DNA of 63,647 nt from Octopus bimaculoides (Eukaryota). Where the stretch lies: contig NC_068990.1 of NCBI RefSeq assembly GCF_001194135.2, positions 71,735,885 to 71,799,531 on the forward strand, in the 5' to 3' direction. Each line of letters opens with the position of its first letter. Positions within the stretch are counted from its first letter, which is position 1. The notes beneath the pieces are model-generated. The model ran no database searches, was not told the DNA's origin, and saw only the letters and a program-made list of their open reading frames with translations. A program made the translations under genes and the position numbers. Below, in pieces: positions 12,555 through 25,534 of this stretch.

Positions 12555-13829
12555 GCCTAGTAAATGCTGTCAAAATCTGGTGCAAGTGTGTCTGTTAAAA
12601 ATAGATTATCTATGAATTGTTTTGCTAGATAGCCACAAACGCATGATGCTGTACTGTGCTTAATCTGATTGTTTCCAATACTAAAACTGCAATGATTAAG
12701 AAAAATTGCAGTCTTGAAGAAGTGTGTCTCTTAAAAGGAAGTTATTTATAAAGAAATGAATACTGAAAGTAGAAAGAGTGAAGTACTGATTTAGATACCT
12801 TGCAGCATTTAGTTATATCAGTTTATTGAGCCAATGAGACAGCCTCTATATGATTACCTGACTGGCAAGAAAAACTAACCAAACATCCCTCAAATCATAT
12901 CCTATTGTCTAAAAGAAAAAAAAGGACATCTTTGGATTATGTAGTCTGAATCAAAGACAAGATGGTCATGACTGGAATGGTTTTAACATCAAGGCTGACT
13001 TAGGGTTAAACAATAACAACAGCATGTTTATTTTCTGAGTTGAAATCAATCAAATAAATACAAGACATCTACTTGCCCTGATTCAGCCAACTTGACCCAT
13101 CTATAACTTTTAGATATGTGCCAATAATAATTTATAATATTTGAAGCACATAATGGCTTCTCATTATTAATAGAGTAACTTCAATGTTAACAGTCACTAT
13201 TAATATTAAATATTATTTTGAGTCCTTCAGTAAGCGAATGTTTAATGCATCAAATACATAAACCTATTAAACAAGCATTTGTCTGTGTAGGTCTGTGTAT
13301 AGATGGGGTTGTGTAGAGATGTGTGTGTGTGTGTGAGCATAGATGCATGTATGTAGATATTTGTGTGCATTAATGTGTGAGTGTGTGTACGTTTATGTGC
13401 ATGTAAATGAAAAGGAAAGCATACTCAAAACATATACTGTACTCAATATACATAAAGTAGAATTTATATAGTTTTTATTTGGAGTTGAGGTAAAAGTAAA
13501 CCCCAGCTTACCATACATACATACATACATACATAGATACATACATACATACATATATGTGTGCATGCGTGTGTGTGTGTGTGCATGTACGATGTATATA
13601 AAAGCATCTCTTAAGTAAAGTTGGTTTACATAATTCTGTTAAGTGTTCATTATTTAAAGGCTATATGCAGAGGAGGGCGTGTTGTCATATCTTGCTACTT
13701 GTTAATAAGATTTTATGATAATGATGATGACTATTGTCGTTATTGATCAAACTGAAAGCTTCATTAACATCACAGTAACAAAGGAATACATATGGTATGT
13801 ATTGCTTTGGGACTACAACAATGACACAA

Positions 13830-13990
13830 GGCATTTCAGACCTTCTGTATGCAGAAACCTACCAAAGATGATACAAATGGTCTCTGGTCATTAACAGTCT
13901 GACAGGACTTAACAACAAAGCATCCAACAGCTGAATGCTCTGTTAACGTCCATAATGATCTGTTATCAAGTACATTTAAAGAGGTTCTAT
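13830..13990 (+). mobile_element. Highly degenerate L2/CR1-type RT remnant
   Basis: TAECSVNVHNDLLSS resembles the L2/CR1 RT motif STETALLKVHNDIL; the surrounding frame is broken. Confidence 0.35.
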
Positions 13991-14915
13991 GACTGCTAAT
14001 GGAATGGCCCAAAGACTCAATTAATCACCATTATCCAATGTTATATTTCCTACAACTCGGTCATGTATTGTTTGTTTATTTGTTCATCTGTACATGTCTT
14101 TTGTTTTTTTATTCCAGCTTAAGTTGGATGGGTGCTTACTTGAGGCAGGTTTTTTTTTTATATAGTTGAATGTTCTTGTTGTCAGCCCTTACCTGTTTTA
14201 CAAAGAAGAGATTTTTTTTATTCCAATACTTTGAGAGTGTAGAGCTACAGGATATGTTCAATAGGAATGTAAACATGACAACACCTGTTTTACTTAGATG
14301 ATCTTGCATGAGAAGTAGAAATGACAACACACACAAACACATACACACACAAAAGAAAAAAAATGACCTCCATGCTTTAATAGAAGGCACTGACCTAAGA
14401 GGGAGTGAATCTAAGTGAAAGTGGCTATGAAGTAAACTTCTTAATGTGGTCATATCTGTACTTACAAGAGTAATGAAAGTGAGTATCAGAGGAACTGCAC
14501 ATATTCTCATCATAGACCAACACAGCTCCACTTATTTTTTTTACCATCCTTTAGAAAGTGTACATGAAATGTCCTTTGTGGTGGGGCTGTGTAATTCTAA
14601 GAGAGCTGTCCAAATTTCTTAAATAAAGTTAGGTTTAAAACTTCAAACTTCAATTATCTACTTGTCATAAGAGACAATGCAAGAGTGAATATAAGCATCA
14701 AATGTTAAACTGTAACAGATTAACCAGTCGACAGGAATTTAATTCCTGGGTAAGTTCAGCTATATATATATATATATGTCTATCTGTCCATCTATCTATC
14801 CTGGTTGAAGTGTAATGAACTAACAGCATCACAAGTAGTAAAATAACCAATGAGAATATTCCTGGTAATGACAGTGAAATGAGAACAATCTGCCTTTGTG
14901 GATTTAACAAAGAGT

Positions 14916-15078
14916 GCAGGTATGGTTGTGTGGTAAAAAGTTTGCCTCTGAACCACATGGTTGCAGGTTCAGTGCCAAGGCATGGCAATTTGGGCAAGTG
15001 TCTTCCACTATAGCTTTGGGCTGACCAAAGCCTTGTGAGTGGATTTGGTAGATGGAAACTGAAAGAAGCCCATCATAG

Positions 15079-15121
<43 letters not shown>

Positions 15122-15316
15122 TGTCCCCACAACTGCTTGACAACTAGTGTCAGTGTGTTTACGTCCCTGTAACTCAGTAGTTTGGCAAAAGAGAATGATA
15201 GAATAAGTGACTGGATTAAAAATAACATAAGTACTGAGGTTATCCATTCAACTAAAGACCCTTCAAGGTGGTGCCCCAGCATGGTTACTACAGTCTAATG
15301 ACTGAAACAAGTTAAA
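14916..15316 (+). mobile_element. SINE family A, full length with an expanded (GT)n tract
   Basis: Head gcaggtatggttgtgtggtaa...ggttcagtgcc, (GT)n at about 15083-15120, tail gactgaaacaag. Confidence 0.88.
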
Positions 15317-17696
15317 AAATAAAGAGATAAAAGGGTTCAATTCCAAATTAAGAATACCAATGAATGCAAAAAGCACCTGAAAAAAGCCAGAAGGGACAAC
15401 AGCTAAAACATGACTGTAATAACCATGATTCAGACACTCACTCAAATACACCGGTGTAACACCAAAAAGTCACCCAAAACAACTAGGTGTTACTCACAAA
15501 TCTATAAATCCAAGTATACCATACTTGTGCTTAGCTGAGTACCATACTGTATGTTCCAGCATGCTGTGGTTAATAATTTGTAGTGCAGTAGAATGGATTG
15601 GACATGTATTCCACTGTTCAGTCTGTTCCTATATGCCTTATAGATAGATATTGCTGTTGGGTTATGACTGTCTTGAGTATAAAAGTAAACTGCATCCAAT
15701 ATTGAGGCCCTGGTTTGAGAGCTGCAGGGTTTAGAGGAGTGTGAAACCACCTCTTAGCCACTGCTGTTCTCAGGTCTTCTTTGACCCAGAGTAGTAGATC
15801 TCAGCTGTGAGTCAAGATCCTAGCTATGGATTAATTAACATGTTAGGGCTTGCCTCTCTATGCACATGAAGACTGAATGTGTTTTACTACATTTAACATA
15901 AGCTGCTGGTGTTGAGTCATTGCATGAAGGTATGTGAACAGAGTGGGTTGAAAATACCTTGCAGACTATTAGCTAATTCTTGGCTCTGATGGCTATGGCC
16001 TAGTGGATGGTGATTGAATCCTTACATAACTATTTCCATGAGAGAAGAACATGCTTTATTCTTTCATTCTTTTACTAGTGTTTGAGTTGGTTTTTTTATT
16101 TTTCCTTTTATTTTTATTTTACCAGTCAAAATACTCTGACTGGGACTTATTTTATTAACTTTGGAAAGACTAAAAGCAAAGAAATAAGAGTGAAAGTTGA
16201 ACTGAGAACAAACAGGGGTTTAATTGCAAACTACTAGTTTTTTTTTTTGTCTCCACTGGCCTTCTGTAGTTAAACTAGGTAAATAAAAAAAAATAAATAA
16301 ATAAAAACGAGCTATCAGTTTATATCTTACGTATTTCAGTCATATCACAGCAACCATTCTAACAGCACCACCTTGAAAGGTCTTTAATCAATCAAACCTA
16401 TTCCAGTACTTATTTTAAGTCTGGTGCTCACTCTATCAGTTTCAGTTTTGCTGAACTGTTACAAGAATGCAAACTACATGAGGTGTCATGCAGCAATAGA
16501 AAAAACACACACACACACATACAATGAGTTTCCATGCAGCTTTCATCTACCAAATTCATTCACAAGGCATTAGATGGCTTGAAGCTCCAGTAGAAGTGGA
16601 AGACAATAATCCAAAGTGCTGTGAAATGGAACTGAACCCAAAACTACAAGGTTGTAAAGCAACAGCTTTCACCTTTGCCTGTAAATGTTTGTCTTAAAAT
16701 GTGACATTGAGCAGTTCCTGAATATTCCAGGCTGTTCTTCATAGTATAAATCAGAAAAAGTATTATAAAAAGGGTGACATTTTTGTCATTTTAAATCTGC
16801 ATATAGAAATAAAATTTATTGGATGATCTGGTGTGTGTGTGTGTGTGTGTGTGTGCATGCATGCTTACACACATGCACATGAAAGTATCTATGTGTGTTT
16901 GATCATGTTGTGTGATGTATATTTATGTTGGCAAGTGATCATATAATGTGTTCGTGCATGCATTCATGTGTTTTGATTTGAGTATACAGGCATGTATGCA
17001 TAAGTGGAAGATTACATCTTTGAATATAAAATCCCAGTAGTAGTTATTTATCAGAGATTATTTATGATACATCAAAGGGTTTTTTTTTTTTTAATAAGCT
17101 GACATTAGTCCTATAAGCATGATAAAGTTTAAGGTTCAGCTAGGAACAAAACATTACTATTGCATTTTCTGTCATACAAGTTGAATTTTTCAGACCAAAA
17201 TTTACAAGAAATAAGGTAGGCCAACTTATACATGAAGGAGGTCCAAAAATACCATGTGAAATGCAACAGGATTTGGAAAAATAGACAATGTTTGAATATT
17301 TACAGTACTTATTTACCTTATATACAACATCAACTTCTATGCTGGAAAATATGGTATTTCTGAATCAAATTCCTGGCTACAAGAGCATGACTTCTAACCT
17401 TGTTATAAGCAATGTGCTGCATTTGTAGACAAGGCACATAACACCATATACCTCAGTCTGCTTGTCCGATTACAAATTCTTATTTTATTTTACAAAGGAA
17501 TAGTTAGAAGTGAACTTTACTTTTCATACTTCTAACATATCTAAAAAGTACTAGCACTGAGGTTTGTACAATCAACAACACGCTTCAGAAAGTAGTACCT
17601 TGAAAGCAGTACCTGAGCTTAGAAACAATGCAATTATTGAAAGCAGTAAATGAAAGAAAAGAAACAAGCTCTCCTCATTCTGTAGTTTCTTTTTAA

Positions 17697-17916
17697 CGTT
17701 TTAGTATTTAAACCGATCATATCTGGCATAAATATTTTTCATATTTTATGTTCAAACTGGCCAAATCTGGCCTCTTATGCTTACCAAACAATGTAATTCT
17801 AAAAGTAAACAATCAAATCATCAAAATCTCAAAGCTACGAGATAAGCCATGATTAATTCAAAACAATGTGAATAAATAAGCTTTACATTGGACAGAATAA
17901 TCTGAATGCTAAAGGG
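17697..17916. mobile_element. TTAA-flanked (piggyBac-type) MITE, family 2
   Basis: TTAA at 17693-17696 and 17917-17920; ends cgttttagtattt ... aatgctaaaggg. Related copies at about 34040-34202, 37030-37233 and 47870-48075. Confidence 0.7.
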
Positions 17917-18712
17917 TTAAATAACATTTCATCATCTTCCCAAACTAAAGTGTTATGTAGGCATATGTGCAGTATTAGGCATGTGTACATAAGTGAGAGA
18001 TTACGTGCGTTGTACGGGAATCCCAGTGGAGTGGAAGAATCAGTACAGCATCTGACAAAATGCCTTTCCCTGTTTGTTCTGGATTTTCATGTTTCGAGTT
18101 CACATTCTACCACACTTAACTTTACCTTTCATCATTCCATGGTCAATAAACTAAGTACCAGCAAATCCTGGGATAAAACCTCATTTGGAATTTTATATTT
18201 AAATGTATTTCCTGATGCTAGCTACACAATTAAGTATTAACATATCTCTCATACACACACACAAACACAAACACACACAGAGGATCAACAAGTAAGTACT
18301 CTATCCAGTGAAAGATAAACATCATTTAATAGACACAATTTTAAAAATGTGTTACTAATAGTTTCATGCTGTAGAAATACAATAATTTGGCAAATTTATA
18401 TAACATGCCATGTATCTCCAAGCAATCTTTCAGGCTCAGTGCATACCATCAGACCTCTGAATTGAGTAGCTATCTCACGGATTTTGACCTCCTCTGGGCT
18501 AGATTAACTATGATTTCTACAGACAAGGGAGATAAAGATCTTGATTTTTTTCCTTTATTTTTCTTTCTTCTTGTTTCACTTTTTGCATCAACCTTCTTTG
18601 CATTTTTCTTCCAGTTTTTTTTTCTTGTGTTTTATCACAGACCAGTGTCATGGTTTTCAAACAGGTCTAACAGTATGCACTGAACCTGAAAGATTGCTTG
18701 GAGACACATGAC

Positions 18713-18910
18713 ATGAAGTAGTTGTATGCTGTCAACTTAATGTGACAGTCCCCTGAAGGGAATAATACTACTGTTGGTTAGACCTAGGAAGCTGCACCAC
18801 TTCCTGTCGGCCTGGACACATTTCTTGTGTCCTTCATAGGTCTAACCAACAGTAGTATTATTCCCTTCAGGGGAACGTCACATTAAGTTGACAGCATACA
18901 ACTACTTCAT
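18713..18910. repeat. Long fold-back: 74-bp inverted arms (72/74 complementary) with a 50-bp spacer
   Basis: Arm 18713-18786 is the reverse complement of 18837-18910 except at two adjacent positions. The spacer holds two small hairpins. Confidence 0.95.
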
Positions 18911-19483
18911 CGTATCACTACTGCATAAATCTCTGAGAGATTTAGAAATGTATTATTTCTAGACACATGACATGTTATAGAAATCTGCCAAATTATTGCA
19001 TTTGTATCTCTACAGCCAAAAATTATTAGTAGCCTTTTTTAAAATTGTGTATACACACACACACACACACACAATGTATAGGAGGTTTTTCAGTCGCATC
19101 AGCACTAGTCACCATGTAGCTTGCACAGCAAAAGAAAGCCCCCCCCCCCCACCAAGATAGCAAAAATGTGACAGGCTTCTATACAGTTTCTGTTTATTAG
19201 TTCCACTCACAAGGTATTTGTTGGTCTGAGGCTACACAGACACTTGTTTAACTTTTCATGCATTGAGATAGAATTCAAAACCATGAGAATACAAGTGAAT
19301 ACTTTATTCACCCAGCTACACCTATATAGGTGAGATTAGTATTTTTTCAAGGACATGAACAAATATGCCTTCCCTCCTTTTTTAAAGATGGTATAGTGTA
19401 ACTTGAGGGAATCTGACTGCTATTTCTAGCAATTTGAACGACCAAGTAGAAGCTACCTTGTTGATACAACAGAAAGTTCTTAC

Positions 19484-19630
19484 CTGATTAAGTATTTTGT
19501 TCTCTTGGCTATTAGCTGACGTACATACAATTTCTTCCTTCTGAACTGACAGTAACCCCTCTGTGAGTTTCAACCTGGCTGTAATAACACGATTTCTTCC
19601 ATCATGTATTACAACCAATCCTTGTTTGAT
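19484..19630 (-). CDS. SNTG1: Gamma-syntrophin exon (N-terminal half of the split PH domain), 147 nt, phase 0/0
   Basis: Acceptor gtttttcaccttcAG and donor CAG|GTaaga. Encodes IKQGLVVIHDGRNRVITARLKLTEGLLSVQKEEIVCTSANSQENKILNQ, which resembles the vertebrate gamma-syntrophin segment TKTG...RLKLTKEVLTIQKQDVVCV (recalled). Splices in frame to 7836-7994. Confidence 0.92.
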
Positions 19631-21829
19631 CTGAAGGTGAAAAACAAAGAAGAAAAAATTTAATAAACTGAAATAAAACTCCATTAAGTCAGCAACATAT
19701 AGCTTATTTTGAAAAATATCGCATGTTCAAAGTATTTTGAATATAACACGTTATCAGCTTTGTTAACAGCAGGATACACAGAGTGGGCATTTGCAATATT
19801 CTTTTCAACCATTTTAGGTTTTTACAAAGATACATATATTTATATATACACATGAACAATATTAAAAAAAAAGAGGAGAAAAAGAAAGGTTCTAGAAAAG
19901 CTAAGTCAATTATCCCCATAACATTAATAAGTCATAAAAACATCAAGTTACAAAGCTGTTAACATAATTGATATTGGTCTTACATTGTATTCAGATGAAA
20001 AATATCTCCCAACAACATCAAGATACTTCTCACTGATATGGATCACTGCAAATACTACAAAATATTCCTTGCTTTTTTTTTTGTTTTTCTAAATATCTCT
20101 TTTTTCTTTTAAATAGGAAATCTAATTAGTGCAAGAAGTAGCTGTATTGAAAATACAGTAGCTCTAGTAAAGAAGGGAATAGAAGAAGTACAGGGAGCTG
20201 TTGCATCATACAACAACAGTTACATTTAACTATGTGGGGGGGGGGAAAGACTGTATGTAGCATGTATAAAAGGCGTGAGTGATAGTGTACTGTAGTGTGT
20301 ATGTGTATATCTGGAATAGGAAGAGATAAGATAAGCATGATCCACTCAATTCCTATCATGCAAGTTGAATGAAAAGCAAAATTAGAAAAAAAAAAAAAAT
20401 GGTAAGCTGAGAGAATAGATAAGGCATTACAGATATCATATGATGTGTGTAGGAGATGTGACTACACACAGAAAACTTGTGATGAGAACGGATGTCGAAC
20501 ATCAATCAATAAAAGTATTGTGGGCAAAGGGACAGGAGGTGATGAGGGGGGTCAGGAAGTAGTATTCAAAAATCTTACAGATGAGATGATGAAAGACTGA
20601 TACAATGCATGGCAGACCCATTGAGATCAGATGTTAGACTAGAGAAAAGAGGATGAAAAATTAGAATAACAGTAAAAAAACAAAAAACAAAACATGGATA
20701 ATGGTTTTTGCATGTTAGACATCAGTAAGCCTAAATAATTTCTCTCATTGTTTCTTATTCCTTATTAGATTCAGAAGCTTAAGTACCAAAACCTTAAATC
20801 CTCGAGCACCAATTACAATATATATCTTTCATCTTTTACTTGTTTCACTCACTGGACAACAGCCATGTTGAGGTACTGCCTTGGAGGGTCAAGCAAATCG
20901 ACTCCATTACTTATTTTGAAGTCTGGTACATATTCTGTCAGTCTTTGCTGAATCGCAAAGTTATAGGGAGGTAAACAAACCAACACCAGTTGTCAAGTGG
21001 TGGTGGGAACAAACACAAAGCTGGACACACATACACATATATGCTAGCATGGAAACTAGACATTAAACGATGTGATGATAATATGATGAAGGACTCTTTA
21101 TGTGGTTGAAAAACAGCTAAATCTCACTCAAAACATACTTCACTACTTTAAAAAAAAGAAAAGACACATTGAATAAGATACATTAGATCTGAAAAATGGT
21201 GGTCATGACTGGAACATCTTTAGGCTTGTTTGACCAAGACATGCCTGAGATTCAACAACAACAGAAATGTGCTCTTTTGACTGAGTTTGAATATAGAAAA
21301 GAAAACAAAATAACTAATTATATAAAAATATATTTGGGAAACAGAAAGTAATCTTTCAGAAGTAATTCTAGCAATATGAGAATTTATGTAAAGTCATGGC
21401 AGATCAAAATACCTTTCTTCAGTAGAAAGTTCATTTTATTTATTTATTAATTTATTTATTATGATGGTAAATGTCGGCCATTAAGTGTAATATAGGAAAA
21501 CAATCGGTTTAAAATGAAATTTGAAAAATTGTCAAAAAGGGAAAGAAAAATAAAAGAAATGAAAAAATGCATTAGAAGAAATTGTCTTCATCTGCCAAGT
21601 TTTCATAATGCATCCATGCCAGACAATGGATTTAAACAACTCTTTCTACTGCTGAAACGAATAAATGAACAAATAAATAAAATATATAAATGAAAATGCA
21701 AAATAAAATAAAAATATACCAATTATTTCAATAGTTCGATTTTTTAGAGTTATCAAATCAACATTGGTGATTTATGGCACTAACGATCTTTAGAAGAATG
21801 TCGAAGAATTATTGAGTAAAATCCTCGTA

Positions 21830-22245
21830 TTATCAAATTTCAAATCATCCTTACATCACTTCTTGACATCTAATCAAAACCAATCTCTTCTATCAATGTC
21901 TTATTCTTTCGTTAAAACAGATTCTAACCTTACAGTCCATGCTCTACAGCACAAGTTCTATTATGAGAAATGAAAATATTGTTATGGAAACTTTAATGAA
22001 TTCCATCCAATTACATGTGTTTCTTCCAAGGCAAATCAATTGAGAAACTTGTAGGTCGACTTCTCAATGAAATCAGTTTGTATTCTGTGAAACAATTAGA
22101 GAACAAGTCATTACACAAGTTGTTCATCAATGATTATAAGAACAGCCATGACAATTGATGATCCATATTTGTACCTCCTGCTGTTGGATCTATCTGCTGA
22201 ATTTCATCCAATTGATTATGTGATTCTCTTACATATCTTGTATAA
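21830..22245 (+). mobile_element. Degenerate L2/CR1-type LINE RT fragment
   Basis: Frameshifted pieces read FHPITCVS, GKSIEKLVGRLLNE and YLLLLDLSAEFHPIDYVILLHIL. These correspond to the L2/CR1 RT motifs YRPIS.L..L.K..EK.V and LLDLSAAFDTIDH.ILL. Confidence 0.65.
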
Positions 22246-22409
22246 TAAGTGTATAAAAAGAAAAGAAGAAAAGAAAGAAAGCCTTCTTAGAGCGACTTAG
22301 TTCTGATTAACAGATTGCATTTAAGTAGGTTAACAAAGTGTGCTAAGAACTATTGATTGTAATATACAGTGAACCCCAAGGCTCAGTACTGAAGGCATTT
22401 TCGTTATAT

Positions 22410-22805
22410 CTTTTATTTTTACTTCTTTCAATTGTTGGACAGCAGCCATGCAAGAGTATTGCCTAGAAGGGTTTTAGTTGAACAAATCGATCCCAGTACT
22501 TATTTATCTTTTTCTTTTTACAATCTGGTACTTACTCTATTTGACTCTTTTACCAAACCACTAAGTTATAGGGATGTAAACATGCCAACACCAGTTGTCA
22601 AGTGGTGATGGTGGTGCATAAACACAGAACAAAGACACACATATATGATGGTCTTCCTCAGTTTCCGTCTGCCAAATTCACCCACAAGATATTGGTCAGA
22701 CTGGGGCTATAACAGAAGACACTTGCCCAAGGTGTTGCACAGTGAGATTGAACTCGAAATCAGGTGGTTGTAAAGCAAGCATCTTAACCACACACTCATG
22801 CCTGC
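22410..22805 (-). mobile_element. SINE family A, diverged full-length copy
   Basis: Colinear with 2185-2585. Confidence 0.8.
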
Positions 22806-23550
22806 TGAAACATTTAGTTTCAATGTGCATTATCATGATAGCAGGCGATACACTAAGATGCAGCATAACCAGGTTGCAGTTCATGCAACAAAAACTTTGA
22901 TACCTCTATGCAACAAAATTTATATATATATATATTTTTTGTGCATGTTTGGTCAGTAAATGTTATTTCCTATTTGATTCTATCTAGAAATGAAAGGAAT
23001 TGACTACTATTCCCTTCAAACTTTGCGTTTGTGACTTGGACATCAATGTTTTGAAACTGACCTGTTTTCCATTACATTTCAGACAGGTTCAGTGCTGAGA
23101 TGCTGAAGCAGAAATATCATTATAGCAAATATTCTGTTCAGTATCACAAAATTTCCTTGTCAATTGCTTGATTGTAACCACTTGAACATGTCCCTTAGCG
23201 GCTGATGATATGTGCATCTCTGATGATGAACAGGAGTAGTGGGGGAGCATCATAGCTATGTATTGAGAGGAATTCTTTGGGATTTGAAAAAATTTAATAA
23301 AAGCAAAGTTTGTAGGCAATATCAACCATTTTTCATACTTTCTAGGGGTAAACAAATATGGAATAACAGTTGCTACTCAAGGATAAAAATCGTGTTACAC
23401 AGTGATATGTTTAAATAAAATGAAGTCTTTGTGCATTTTTGAATGGCTGATATGTGTCTTCCATGCTGAAATTGTTTTAATTTTGACACCGTCTCAGATC
23501 AAACCATTTGCCTTGTAAGTACACTTCAGAAATGAAAAAATGAAAAAATG

Positions 23551-23593
<43 letters not shown>
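23551..23593. repeat. Poly(A) tract (about 43 nt) preceded by aaaaatg repeats
   Basis: Directly visible. Confidence 0.9.
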
Positions 23594-23596
<3 letters not shown>

Positions 23597-23785
23597 AATA
23601 ATCCCCAGACCAAAACTGGATATAAAATCAGTAAAAATATATTTCCACCCTCATTAAAACAAGACTCATTAATCAATCATCAAAAAATATCTGTAGATAA
23701 AAATATCACTTTTTCTGAAACGTGTTAGGATAAGATACATTAGCCAAGGTGCAGATAATGTGTGTCATGAGCCAGTATACATAAC

Positions 23786-24110
23786 TGGCTCAGTGGTTAG
23801 GGTGTTGGGTTCACAATCATGAGTTAGTGAGTCTGATTTCTAGACTGGGCTGTGTGTTGTGTTCTTGAGCAAGACACTTTATTTCATGTTGCTCTAGTTC
23901 ACTCAGCTGTAGAAATGAGTTGCAATTTCACTGGTGACAAGCTGTATCGGAGTTTGCTTTTTCCCTTGGATAACATTGGTGGCGTGGAGAGGAGAGGCTG
24001 GTATGCATGAGTGACTGTTGATTTTTGATAAACAACTTTGCTTGGGCTTGTACCTTGGAGAACTTTCTAGGTGCAATCCCATGGTCATTCATGACTGAAG
24101 GGAATTTTTA
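23786..24110 (+). mobile_element. tRNA-derived SINE, family C
   Basis: A-box tggctcagtggttag, degenerate B-box, and a gttcttgagcaagacactttat core. Related copies at about 26850-27150 (+) and 44770-44962 (-). Confidence 0.75.
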
Positions 24111-24441
24111 TCCTTTTTTAGCATACGAGGTAGCAGATGACGTTTGATGTCAAATTCCAAGTCAGACCCAAGTGAGCAGATCTGTGATTATTCTAAACAT
24201 GATCATTTCATGTCCAAGAATACTGCACCATATATCAGTGGTCCTCTGGTTTTCAAATTGACAAATATTAGGTTCCCTCCTACAAAACATAGGGAAATTG
24301 TTTTGTCCCTCTTCCTCTTTATTAACAAAAAATTAAATTATCTTCATTTCATTAAACCTAGCAATTTGTCTGTGTCCTACTTTCAAACCCCACAACTTTT
24401 TCATATGTGAAAAGCTACCCTTGACTTTATTATTCAATGTT

Positions 24442-24869
24442 CAGTGCTGGATTAACCATTAAGCAAACTAAGTATGTGCTTAGGGCATCAAGGGAAGGTA
24501 GGTAACCACAGAAATGGTAAATGTTTAGAGCACAAAAGAAATCACTTTAAACTTACTAAAATAAAATCCAGGATGCCTTGTCGCAACTTAATATAGAAGT
24601 AGATGTGTTATGCAAGATTAATTATGAGGATCTGATCAAAAAATTTGCAATAAAAAAAAAAAAAAGGACAAAACTTTTGAAATATAAATGAAGTGGAAGT
24701 GTACACATATAAACATTATTTCCCATCTTACTGTTAATTTAGTTTCATTTTGAAAAATTAAAATTTATTCTATGGTTTATTATTGTTTCTGTTTTGAACT
24801 ACATATATACATGGGGGTGCCAAAATATTTTAAGTGCATAGGGCCTCTATGAGTCTTAATCTGATCCTG
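24442..24869. mobile_element. hAT-like MITE
   Basis: Ends cagtgctggattaa ... ttaatctgatcctg. The flanking 8-mers tcaatgtt and ccaatatc differ only by three transitions, consistent with a decayed 8-bp TSD. Confidence 0.55.
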
Positions 24870-25534
24870 CCAATATCTTAAGTCAGTAGAGTATGGTGTG
24901 AGGAAGATTTAGCTCTGATCTCGAGAAGGCCAAATGACCACAAAGGGAGATTCAGTGGTTGGCTCAGCTAATTAATATGAAAAGTGGAAGAACCATCTAT
25001 CATATGGTGAAGATTGTATTTCAAGGACGTCATCAAGATGATGACTGTTTAATCTTGAAACTAACAGAACTAGTAAGATGATTAATCACTGATACACAGT
25101 TACAAGATTTAGAAAAAATTTTATATTCCTAAATTTTTGATTAGATCAAGTTTGTCAACTTTGATATCATTTCTAGAATTTGTCATTAACACATTCATTG
25201 ATTTCCTTTTAGAATCTTTTGAAATTTATACCAAGCATTCCAAAACAAATGTAGTTTTATTGCTTCTAAGATAATCTAAGTAGTTTCTAACATTAATCAG
25301 TTGACATTGTCTAACAATAAAGAATCACCAATACATTGTCTCTTGTCTGTTAATTATCTTTTGGAAATGGTGTAATCTCCACCAATTAACAATGAACTAG
25401 GATTATAAGTGAACTAACATTATTGAAACAATATGTGTAGGAAACAGATGGAATAGATTGCCAATAGACATTAGAAAGATTTAAGTTTAAAGTAGAACTG
25501 CAATTACCAATCCAAAACACTAGACATGTTATAA

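Noticed and set aside
18713-18910. Hammerhead ribozyme or CRISPR-like structure in the fold-back
   Set aside because: It has CUGAAGG rather than CUGANGA and no GAAA partner. There is no repeat-spacer array, and the DNA is eukaryotic.
19382-19684. 100-aa ORF from the track treated as a whole gene
   Set aside because: Only 19484-19630 is exon. The flanks are the polypyrimidine tract and intron read-through.
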